A stretch of DNA of 64,000 nt from Alphaproteobacteria bacterium (lineage in GTDB: Bacteria > Pseudomonadota > Alphaproteobacteria > G965222575). Position 1 is the first letter of the stretch, and every line of letters begins with the position of its first letter. Shown in pieces: positions 10,609 to 19,688 of this stretch. A program made the translations under genes and the position numbers. A model generated the notes under the pieces. It was not told the origin of the DNA. It worked only from the letters and a program-made list of their open reading frames with translations, and searched no databases. The stretch spans positions 96,001 through 160,000 of the forward strand of contig OZ244958.1 in NCBI GenBank assembly GCA_965222575.1, in the 5' to 3' direction.

Positions 10609-13527
10609 TTAGAATGCCTTACTGAAACGTAGCATCATCAGATGATCTGTACGCCCCTTAATATGACCTGCATCGAACCGAAGCGCTCCTAAAAACTCCA
10701 ACTCGCCTCCCCTTGAAAGCCTACGCGTATACCCTAGATACCCAACACGCTCTACCCCACTCGGTGCTAACGTCACAGCTCTCTTGTACAGATTCAACGT
10801 ACTATCACTCGTCTCAAAGTCCCACACCCGAGCACCCATAGAGGAACGCAAGGGCATATAAACTCCTCCCATCAACGCACTCCTCTTCCCCAATGCCCGC
10901 TTCAAGCCAACCGCAAAAGACCGACTCCAAGCAACACTGAACTCACTCAAATAACTCCCTAGGGCTTCCTGTACACGCGTACTAGAAATATACCCATAAG
11001 CATAAGCCTCTAAAGACCGACTGCGCACTACAATATGCAATGACCCATAAGTGCTAGAACTTCCAGCCATGGCTAAGATACCCCTGCCAAAAGACCCCAT
11101 CACCCCTGTCTCCTCTTTGATGTATCCTACTTCCGCATAGGCTATGGCAGAACCAAAGGCTTTCATGTACGAGGTATAAGCACGGGTGCCGCCGCCGACT
11201 TTATCTTGCGCAGAGAACCCTAAGGTCTTCCCCTTTCCTCTCACAACACCAAAGCGCACAGACCCACCTGCCACAACAAGTGGACGCACAGATAGAGACA
11301 ACACTTCATTGAGATACTGCCCTTGAGCATGTGTACGCACAAAGGAAGGCGCATGCCTGCTATGCGGTAAGCGAGAAGCCCCTAAGCCAAGCCCTAAACG
11401 ATACTCCATGTTCCCTAGCGTATAGGCTAGTTGCATCCCCATATCAGAGAGCTTTGTACGCTCTTGCGTACGGGTAGCAGTAGTAGCAAATGCTCTTTTT
11501 GGTTTGAAGAGACTGAAGGCAAGACCGCCTACATAGCTTTTTCCTCCTTCTATGGTATCTAAAGAGCCCATCAGATTGAGCAGAGCCGAGGGTCCTGCTT
11601 GCCGGATGGTGAACCCTGCTGAGAGGTCTTGAGTGAAGTACCTATAGATGGAAGGGAAGTCATCAAAGACTTTGATGGTCAACACACCCGGCCCTATGGC
11701 ATCTCCAAAGGAGGGAGACAGCAACAAAAGGTCTGGGAACACCTTGAGAACACGGAGTCGTGCAATCTCACGCAGTCCCTGTAATTTTGTATCAAGGGAC
11801 TCTAACTTCAACACTTTCCTTGCTCCTACAGGCTTAAAGGCTGCCGGCAAATCAAGAAGCTTGTGCGATTTCCCAATATCTCTTGCTGTCTGCATGAGAA
11901 GCTGTACAACTTGGGAAGCTTTTAAGTCGGGATACGCTTCTCGTACTAGTGCAGCAGCACCCGCTAGTATCCCTATGGCTGCCTCTCCTGCCTGCGCTTC
12001 CGAAGAAAGGCCTGAAACTTGAGCTGAATATCCCTCTACTGTCCCGTCCTTTTTCCACTGAAATGTCCGATAGTCCCCGCCTAGCTTTTCTCCAACGACC
12101 ACATAAAGATAGGGAGTTCTTCTATCGCCGAATCCTACGCTTTCAAAACTACTGCCTGCCTTATAAATAGGCGTCCCTAGCAGAAACTTTCCTTTCCCTA
12201 TTCTTTCGAGCATAAACCCCTCTATCCTAGAGACCTCATAAGCATTAGTTGTGACACTACTAACAACAACGACATCTTTTGCTGCTAAGGCAGAGGCGAT
12301 ACTCGATAGCTTATAGACATTAGGAGCAAGAGCTACAACATCAACAGGGTGTTGGGAAAACATTGTCTTTGACATCGTATAAACAAGGTCATCAAAGACC
12401 GCTGTCTTTTTAGCATAGACTTCCTTAGAAATATAAGGCAGGGCATATGTATGAAGTGAAGCTTTTGGGGCAATACCGTGGATATCGCCTTTCTTACTTT
12501 CTTTTCCTGCCCCAATGATTGAAGAGAGCACAATGGTACTATAGTCTTGTTGAGAATGGACATAGAAAATGCCGGGCGGAGAAAAGTTCACCATCCGATC
12601 GCGATTGCCGAACTCTGATCCTATGAGGTCTTGAGTTGTCCCAAATCCGATAACACCAACACGCACTTTTGAGCCCCGCACACCACGGGCAAAGATGGCA
12701 TTGAGTCCTAAGGCTTCATAGACTGCAATATTGCCTTCATCATATTTCTTTGTTTTGAGAATATCTTTTATTTCTCGTTCCATGAGCAAGGCGAGGGTTT
12801 TTTTACGTCCCTTTTGACTGATTCTCCGAGACTGCGCCTTTTCCTTATTGATTATTTTAAGTTGCTCTTCTAAGGTTAAAGGCCGTTCTTGTTTCGCTTT
12901 CTGCGCTGCCTCTTGAGCTTTCTTCAAGGCCGCCTCTTCGGCTTCTTCGGCTTTGATAAGGTCAATGAGAGAGAGGTCTTTTCTGGCATTTTTATAGGAA
13001 TCATAGCCTTCCTTACCACCGCTTTTTGTATACTTATCAAAGTTTTTGACTGATTGTCCATGAAAGTCCTTTACTAGTCGTATCCTATACTTAATGAACT
13101 CTTGCTTAGAGGCCCACGCCCCACCCTTCATGCGCTTCTTAATCTTCTCAAGAGTCCCATAATCACTATAGGCAGGATAGTAGCGTCTTAGGTCTGATAA
13201 TTTCTTTTGTAGAGAGGGTAAGTTGCGCATGTCCGCGTCTAAAACCCGTGCGGGATGGAGGTATTTGAGTAAGCCTGAGTTGTATCTTTTCTCTGCAGTA
13301 GCCCTATCTATGTAGACCATTTCTAGCCGTGTGAGGTCCATGATGTCATGAATTTCCATCTTAATGAGCGACTTAGCAAGCTCTCTTGGTGTTAGAGCAT
13401 ACAATTCATCCGGCGTGAGGGTATTTAAAGAGTGAAATTTCTGCTCAGCAGAATATACGGGTGTGTTGAAGAGGGCAACAGCTAGAACTGCCCCTGCTAT
13501 TATCTGTTTCATGATGTCTTCTCTCAT
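10609..13527 (-). CDS. Secreted subtilisin-like (S8) protein with C-terminal outer-membrane beta-barrel; catalytic triad degenerate
   Basis: Signal peptide; GVRGSKVRVGVIGFG, HGIAPKA, LAGAAALVREAYPDL...LMQTARDIG; C-terminal beta strands ending LRFSKAF. Confidence 0.8.
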   Translation of the reverse strand: MREDIMKQIIAGAVLAVALFNTPVYSAEQKFHSLNTLTPDELYALTPRELAKSLIKMEIHDIMDLTRLEMVYIDRATAEKRYNSGLLKYLHPARVLDADMRNLPSLQKKLSDLRRYYPAYSDYGTLEKIKKRMKGGAWASKQEFIKYRIRLVKDFHGQSVKNFDKYTKSGGKEGYDSYKNARKDLSLIDLIKAEEAEEAALKKAQEAAQKAKQERPLTLEEQLKIINKEKAQSRRISQKGRKKTLALLMEREIKDILKTKKYDEGNIAVYEALGLNAIFARGVRGSKVRVGVIGFGTTQDLIGSEFGNRDRMVNFSPPGIFYVHSQQDYSTIVLSSIIGAGKESKKGDIHGIAPKASLHTYALPYISKEVYAKKTAVFDDLVYTMSKTMFSQHPVDVVALAPNVYKLSSIASALAAKDVVVVSSVTTNAYEVSRIEGFMLERIGKGKFLLGTPIYKAGSSFESVGFGDRRTPYLYVVVGEKLGGDYRTFQWKKDGTVEGYSAQVSGLSSEAQAGEAAIGILAGAAALVREAYPDLKASQVVQLLMQTARDIGKSHKLLDLPAAFKPVGARKVLKLESLDTKLQGLREIARLRVLKVFPDLLLLSPSFGDAIGPGVLTIKVFDDFPSIYRYFTQDLSAGFTIRQAGPSALLNLMGSLDTIEGGKSYVGGLAFSLFKPKRAFATTATRTQERTKLSDMGMQLAYTLGNMEYRLGLGLGASRLPHSRHAPSFVRTHAQGQYLNEVLSLSVRPLVVAGGSVRFGVVRGKGKTLGFSAQDKVGGGTRAYTSYMKAFGSAIAYAEVGYIKEETGVMGSFGRGILAMAGSSSTYGSLHIVVRSRSLEAYAYGYISSTRVQEALGSYLSEFSVAWSRSFAVGLKRALGKRSALMGGVYMPLRSSMGARVWDFETSDSTLNLYKRAVTLAPSGVERVGYLGYTRRLSRGGELEFLGALRFDAGHIKGRTDHLMMLRFSKAF

Positions 13528-13994
13528 TTTGTTTATTTATTGGTTGATAGAGGTTTTGAAGTCCGCTTAAGTTCCTATTGGAAGGGATATAAGTTTTTTC
13601 AAAACGCAATTTCTTTTTTTAACCTGTCAAGTTATGGTTAATGTTTATGTTTCAACACTTTACTCGTTATGTGAAAATTTTTTGTTAACATGTCAAAAAA
13701 ATATGTTGAAGGTCTTCTCTTTTTCTCAAGTAGGATAAAGCGCTTTTAGAGAAATGTTCAGGCAGTTTTAGGGAGTGTCTCCATCATGGACTCCCCGTCC
13801 ATTACAGGCAAGAAACCCCCGCCATTTCCGCACCCTCTTAGGGGCAGTCTCCATAATTGCTCTGTGCCATATTGCTTTGTGCGGGAAAAAACAATTCTCA
13901 ATAGAGTTAGATTATTGTCCACCTTTGTTTTTCAGATACACTACAACCTCCTTGTGTCCCCATGAGGGGACCAAATAGCGTGTCCTGCCGTCCG

Positions 13995-14082
13995 TATATA
14001 ACATATATAATAATTATATTATATATATTAATATATATATTATAATATAACATAACAGTATTATATTCTGTTATAATTATTT
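13995..14082. repeat. Very AT-rich low-complexity tract with palindromes
   Basis: Contains TATATATATTAATATATATA (20-bp palindrome) and ATAACAG-N9-CTGTTAT. Confidence 0.6.
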
Positions 14083-14097
14083 TAGGCTCTACCCCCT

Positions 14098-16881
14098 CTA
14101 TTGTGTGCGATGAGTGTGGAGAATATCCTCTAAAGCACTGATATTTTTCAATACATCACATGCCCAAACACCAAAGCCTCTATCGTTATTAACAGCCTTT
14201 ACCCATTGTTCTAGGAACTTTTGCTTTGCTTTATCACTCTCTTTTTCTTTTCCTTTCACCTCTAGTATTAAGTGCATGCCCCCCTTCAGACGAATGAGAA
14301 AATCTGGAACATACTTCCTTACTATCCCCTGATAGAAATACGGAATCTCAAAACCAATATGGTCATTCTTCACCCAAGCCTCAACCAAGTCACTCCTATC
14401 CAGTGCATATCCAACGCTTCCTTCCCATGTGCTGTCATAGACACAAAAATTGATGTGGCTTTTTTTTGTTTTGCCACAAGGTTTTCCTGTATACCATAAT
14501 CCCATATCTGCTGTACTGCTTCTAGGCCTTTCATTATCTAAAATCACCTCCCTTGATTTGACATTTTCAAAGCGGATAGCAGACCAGATATGATTGACAA
14601 TACGATTCATATTCAATATCATCACCAAGCGGCGTTTAAGTTCATCTTTGTTCCACTGCTTTGGGATAATAGAAAGTGTCTCTGAGGCCATAAAATCCTC
14701 CACCAGTCCTACGAGCTGGGCAAGAAGAAAAGATTTAGCCCCTTTCCAGTTTTCCTGCATTTGCTCATAGACCTCTTGGGCTGTTTGAAAGAGAACCTGC
14801 TCTGTGCGGCGCTCTTGTGCTAGGAATTCAAGGGTAATATCTTTACTTTTTGAGACATCTTCTTTTCCTTCAATAGAAGGCGCTAGCTCTGCGATTTGAG
14901 GCGTATCAGCAGCGGATAGCTCTAAGGAATCAATTTTACTCCAGTCCAATGATAGGATTGGGCAGTAGATCTGTTCTATGCGGTCAATGTTTGGCCATTG
15001 GAGAGTGAGATGCCCTCGGTCTTTGAGAGGTTCTATAGCAACCTTTGGCTTTTGAGGAGGAGGCGCTGCGCCTTCCTGAGATTCATGAGGCAGGAAGGTA
15101 AACGGAATACCAAAGACATTGACATACTCCTGCTCAAATAAGCCTGTCTCAGGGTTAACCTCATAAGATATGCGCCGCAAGCCTCGCCCAACGACTTGCT
15201 CACAGAGCAATTGTGATGAGAACGCACGCAATCCCATGATATGAGTGACTGTTTTCGCATCCCACCCCTCCGATAGCATGCCAACAGCAATAACATTCTG
15301 TATCTTCCCCCCGGGCTGGCCTTTTTTTCCCACCGTATCCACTTGCTTGCGTAAGGCTTCTGCCCGCTCTTGCTTGTTTTTCGGCGGCGCTGTAAGAGAA
15401 AAAGAGGATACCTCCGCTTCCTCCGCTTCCGCTAAGACCTTTGAGTCAATATGGAGTATGCCATCTTCCTGACACAGCACAGGAGTAGGGATTTTGTTTT
15501 TGACAAAGGCATGTTTAATCCGTGCCGCCACCTCTGTCCGATGAGCCACTGTAATCATTACAGGTGGAGTCGGGGGGCACTCAGGATTTTCTGCCCACTT
15601 TTCCCTCGTTTTATCCCAGTCACCGCCAAGGAAAGCATAACCCACCATCAATAAATGAGGTAAAGGACTTGTATTATCTTTTCTGTTGAGGTCATCTTTG
15701 ATGTTTGGGTACAGATGATAGAGTTTGGATTTATAGGTCTTAGGGTCAATACCTACATCATCCCGCACAACCACACGAGGTGTTTTCACCAACCCCGATT
15801 CAATAGCATCAGACAAACCGAAATCACTGACAATCCAATGAAATAAGGTCTCCTGTGTGCTCTTTTTCCCTAAAGGAATAAAAGGGGTAGCCGAAAAATC
15901 ATAAGCCCTCAATATGCGCCGTGCCTTGTGGATTTTATCCAACCCACCCACCCATTTTGTGGCTTGCTCTTTTTCCTCTTTTTTGACACCCTTGATTGTG
16001 ACTCCCTCTTGAATCCGCCACGCATGGTGCGCCTCATCATTGATGACCAGAATATTACGGGCAGTGCTGCCTATCTTTGAGCCTAATACCCCACGGGCAT
16101 AAGCCTCATGACTTTTCACCCCCCTCTTGTCAACACTTTTTCGCTTTTCAAGCTGTTCCTCCGTCTCCCAATCCAATTTATGCCAATTATGAATCACCAC
16201 CTTCCCCCGCCGTAATTTCGGCATAAGATAAAGAGGTACTATAGGAAAATCCCTATAATAATAGGTCTCCCATAGCTTCATTCCTTCAAAAGGATACGGG
16301 TCTAAAACAGACAAACGCTTTTTCACCGTCAAGCCCGGCGCAATAACCAAAATATGCTTGGAAAACCGCTTATCCTTTGAATATGTCACCTTATTCAATA
16401 CCTGCCACGCAATCAGCATTGCCATCACAATAGTCTTGCCCGTGCCGGTCGCCATCTTAGAACACACCCGCTCAAAATCCCCCCCATCAGAAGGAATATC
16501 AATGCCCACTCGCTTCGACTCCGGCGCCTCCACTAGCCAAATCAAAGTCTCTATAGCCTCTATCTGACAAAAGAAAAAGCGCGCAGGAGAGGCATGTTTG
16601 TCTGCCCAATGCTGTAAGAGCGTGCGTGTTATTGTCGTCACACCCGGATAATCCTGCTCACGCCACACTTTCACCCGCTTTCGTATCTCGTTGGCTAAAG
16701 GAATTTCTATGAACTGCCCGGGGTCATTAAAAGACTCTGCTCCCTCAGTTGCTACCGTATACCCAGCAGGACGCCGCCCTTTTTCAAGAGTAAATTCCTG
16801 CTTTTCATGCCAATACCCCCAATGCTCCGAAGGCTCCTCATAAGGCGAGTTTATAACAAGCTTCTCTATCTTTTTTGTCAT
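14098..16881 (-). CDS. res: Type III restriction enzyme Res subunit (SF2 helicase plus PD-(D/E)XK nuclease; BPTD_3080-like)
   Basis: MATGTGKT, INDEAHH, LSEGWD, QVVGRGLRR, C-terminal YVPDFLIRL...LILEVKG. Confidence 0.9.
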   Translation of the reverse strand: MTKKIEKLVINSPYEEPSEHWGYWHEKQEFTLEKGRRPAGYTVATEGAESFNDPGQFIEIPLANEIRKRVKVWREQDYPGVTTITRTLLQHWADKHASPARFFFCQIEAIETLIWLVEAPESKRVGIDIPSDGGDFERVCSKMATGTGKTIVMAMLIAWQVLNKVTYSKDKRFSKHILVIAPGLTVKKRLSVLDPYPFEGMKLWETYYYRDFPIVPLYLMPKLRRGKVVIHNWHKLDWETEEQLEKRKSVDKRGVKSHEAYARGVLGSKIGSTARNILVINDEAHHAWRIQEGVTIKGVKKEEKEQATKWVGGLDKIHKARRILRAYDFSATPFIPLGKKSTQETLFHWIVSDFGLSDAIESGLVKTPRVVVRDDVGIDPKTYKSKLYHLYPNIKDDLNRKDNTSPLPHLLMVGYAFLGGDWDKTREKWAENPECPPTPPVMITVAHRTEVAARIKHAFVKNKIPTPVLCQEDGILHIDSKVLAEAEEAEVSSFSLTAPPKNKQERAEALRKQVDTVGKKGQPGGKIQNVIAVGMLSEGWDAKTVTHIMGLRAFSSQLLCEQVVGRGLRRISYEVNPETGLFEQEYVNVFGIPFTFLPHESQEGAAPPPQKPKVAIEPLKDRGHLTLQWPNIDRIEQIYCPILSLDWSKIDSLELSAADTPQIAELAPSIEGKEDVSKSKDITLEFLAQERRTEQVLFQTAQEVYEQMQENWKGAKSFLLAQLVGLVEDFMASETLSIIPKQWNKDELKRRLVMILNMNRIVNHIWSAIRFENVKSREVILDNERPRSSTADMGLWYTGKPCGKTKKSHINFCVYDSTWEGSVGYALDRSDLVEAWVKNDHIGFEIPYFYQGIVRKYVPDFLIRLKGGMHLILEVKGKEKESDKAKQKFLEQWVKAVNNDRGFGVWACDVLKNISALEDILHTHRTQ

Positions 16882-19448
16882 TGTTTCAGGTCTAAAAGCC
16901 GTAAGGACTCAATGCCGCGATTATCCACAATCTTGACCGCTATACGCCTATACTCCCCAGCCTCAAAGGGCAAGGATATCGTCCCCCTATACGCCTCTAT
17001 ACACTCCTCCTCTATCTCCGCTTTCAAGGTTTTTCCCAAACGCTTCCAGTTGTGCTTATCACTAGCTAAAGGAAAAAAGACCTGAGACGGAAAAAGGCTA
17101 CGCCCATCATAATCCGTATCCAACATCCACATGGCAATGTCTTCTTTGTCACCAGATATCAATCTCACTTCCCCACCAGCCCTCGTCTCATAATAATCAA
17201 ACCCCCGCACCTCAACCCTATACTTGCCATCCCCCTCCCGCACTATCCCAACGTCAGGCTGCCCCATTAACCAAAAACTACTCACCCCCCTCGGTTTCTT
17301 TTTCAAATCCTCCACCAACAAATCCGAATCCATATACACCTTAAACAAAGACACTCCCGTCCACTTGGCCTCTTCTATGTCCCGCGCCGCCTCCGGGTCA
17401 AACTGAAACGCCGCAAACACCACACTCTCAGGTTTAGGTTTCAAAGACTGCGCCTCTTCTAAGGCACGCTCTACCTGTAATGTCCCTAAAGGACTATAAG
17501 TCGGCGCAAAAGATAAAACAACGCGCTTGTTCTCATGGGTGTAGGCATCCGCATGGAGATAGGTGTGACAGCTCAATGGCTCCATGCGCGAGAACTCCAG
17601 TACCTTTTTTCCTCCCTTAGAACGAATGCCAGAGGAAAGTAATTTCTCCCGCCATTCTGCCTGTCTTGTGGTCTCTTTTTTCCGACTGATAGAGGAGGGA
17701 GGTGAAGTGAGTACGCCATCCTGTTGCTTCCCTCTTTTCAGAACATCTTGAGGGCTTTCCACAAAAGGCGCCGGCACAGCCTCCACTGTAAAAGGGCCTG
17801 TAACGCGGACTTTGCTACTATCTTTTTTAGGCTTATCATACAATGTTTCCTCTGTTTCCTGCGACGCATAGCAGTCAATAGCCTCCTTAATAGCCTCACG
17901 GCTCATCCCCTCCACAATCTCAGGATTGTTGGCAATAGAACCTAAGGTCACATGGGGAACCGTTTTGTAGTCAAACCCACTGCTAACGCCATTTTCAGGG
18001 TATTGTAAGTGATAATAATCAAAAGTAGCGGTCATGAGTCTTTGCTTGGCTAAAGTGATGGCAACCCGAGAAGTATCACAAGTAATCCAACGCCGTCCCC
18101 ATTGTTCTGCTACAAAAGCTGTTGTGCCACTGCCGCAGGTCGGGTCAAAAACCAAATCCCCCGGGTCTGTACACATCAACAAACATCGTTGAATGACTTT
18201 TTCTGAAGTCTGAACAACATAACGCGGATTCGTTGCCCCCTGTGTATCAGTCCAAGAATTATGAAGAGTGTGTACAGGAAAGTCATCAAAGAATAAAACA
18301 TAACTAGGTACTTTTGCTTTACCAGACATACTTAGTCTGTTTGCCCAAATAAGGCGTTGCATTCCTTCCTTTGTGGTTTTCCAGCTCTTATGAGATTGTT
18401 TTATTGTCTTTCCTTCAAATTCAAAATCATAAAAGCAAGTGGCTGTTTGGCCTGTAGATAATAAGTCGATAGTGCGAAAATGGCGGGCATTTTTTGGGAT
18501 GTTGCCGTCCTGTTCTTCACGGGTCATTTTGCGTCTTGTGCCATCTGGCTCCTCCAGATAGGAGTACATAGTGCCTTCTCCAAAGGCTCTTTCTTTATAA
18601 AGTTTTCTGAATTTCATCTTCTCCTTATCTTTGGCATACCACACAAGATAATCACAAATTCCGGGCAGGCCTGAAGTCCCAAGAGGAGGAGTCTTTCTGA
18701 AGGTAATCAAAGAAAAGAAATTATCTTTACCAAAGACTTCATCCATAAGGTTACGGATGAGGTGGAGGTTTTCATCGCCAATTTGGACAATACAGCTACC
18801 GCTTTGTGTGAGAAGGTCGTGGGCAAGGAGGAGTCTATCGCGCAAGTAGGTGAGATAGGAGTGTATACCTAGCTTCCATGTATCGCGGAAGGCGCGGATG
18901 GTTTCCGGTTCTTGGGAGAGGTCTTTATCGTCTCCATCTTTGACATCGCGTTTGTTGGTAAAGGGTTGGAAGTTAGAGCCATATTTTATGCCGTACGGGG
19001 GGTCTATGAAGACCAGTTGGACTTTGTTGCCTAAGCCTTCACGCTCGTACAGGCTATTCATTACCAGCAGACTATCGCCGGCGATGAGCCGATTACTCCA
19101 GTTGTGTTGGTGTTGATAGAACTCTATGGCTTCCCGCAAGGGAAGGGGGTTTTGTTTAAAGAGGGATAGGGTTTGTTTAGGGGGTTCGCCATTGTGTTTA
19201 CGGATAGCTTTGATAATGGTATAGGGGTCTATGCACTCGTGGGTGTGTAACGATACGGTATCGATGGAGAAGGCTTTACTTCGCTCTATTTTTTCAGCCC
19301 AGTCTAGTTTAGGGTCTAGGTGAGGGTCGTATGTGTATTTTGTCTTGTAGCTTTTTAGTTCTGTGTCTTTGTTGACAAGCCCTATGGGGGGATTATTGAA
19401 TCGCTTTTTTCCTTCGTGGATATAGTTCTTAATTTCTTTCCTTGCCAT
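16878..19448 (-). CDS. mod: Type III-like R-M Mod subunit, beta-class amino-DNA methyltransferase
   Basis: DPPYG precedes FDPTCGSGTT; 4-bp overlap with res. Confidence 0.9.
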   Translation of the reverse strand: MARKEIKNYIHEGKKRFNNPPIGLVNKDTELKSYKTKYTYDPHLDPKLDWAEKIERSKAFSIDTVSLHTHECIDPYTIIKAIRKHNGEPPKQTLSLFKQNPLPLREAIEFYQHQHNWSNRLIAGDSLLVMNSLYEREGLGNKVQLVFIDPPYGIKYGSNFQPFTNKRDVKDGDDKDLSQEPETIRAFRDTWKLGIHSYLTYLRDRLLLAHDLLTQSGSCIVQIGDENLHLIRNLMDEVFGKDNFFSLITFRKTPPLGTSGLPGICDYLVWYAKDKEKMKFRKLYKERAFGEGTMYSYLEEPDGTRRKMTREEQDGNIPKNARHFRTIDLLSTGQTATCFYDFEFEGKTIKQSHKSWKTTKEGMQRLIWANRLSMSGKAKVPSYVLFFDDFPVHTLHNSWTDTQGATNPRYVVQTSEKVIQRCLLMCTDPGDLVFDPTCGSGTTAFVAEQWGRRWITCDTSRVAITLAKQRLMTATFDYYHLQYPENGVSSGFDYKTVPHVTLGSIANNPEIVEGMSREAIKEAIDCYASQETEETLYDKPKKDSSKVRVTGPFTVEAVPAPFVESPQDVLKRGKQQDGVLTSPPSSISRKKETTRQAEWREKLLSSGIRSKGGKKVLEFSRMEPLSCHTYLHADAYTHENKRVVLSFAPTYSPLGTLQVERALEEAQSLKPKPESVVFAAFQFDPEAARDIEEAKWTGVSLFKVYMDSDLLVEDLKKKPRGVSSFWLMGQPDVGIVREGDGKYRVEVRGFDYYETRAGGEVRLISGDKEDIAMWMLDTDYDGRSLFPSQVFFPLASDKHNWKRLGKTLKAEIEEECIEAYRGTISLPFEAGEYRRIAVKIVDNRGIESLRLLDLKQ

Positions 19449-19608
19449 TAGTAAGTCTCCTCCGTTCTTCCTCTCTTATGAAGACTAGCAAAATATTCTC
19501 TTGTTTTCCACCTTATTTTACACTCTAAGCGCGCGCATAAAGAGCTATGAAGCCATTTGAAGATTCTCTCATAACATTAGCTTCTGTTAAGCTTTCACTC
19601 CTATTCTG

Positions 19609-19651
19609 TAGAACAAGTTCTAGAGCCGGTTCTAGAACCGGTTCTAGAACC
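19609..19651. promoter_or_regulatory. 12-bp tandem repeat forming a perfect 24-bp palindrome GGTTCTAGAACCGGTTCTAGAACC (19628-19651)
   Basis: Read directly; lies between the divergent mod and 19689 genes; regulatory role inferred. Confidence 0.5.
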
Positions 19652-19688
19652 AAGCGCTTCACCCGAAAATGTCTTAAATAACAAAATT

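Noticed and set aside
13775-13978. 67-aa ORF between the S8 paralog and res
   Set aside because: GTG start, no recognisable motif; likely non-coding.
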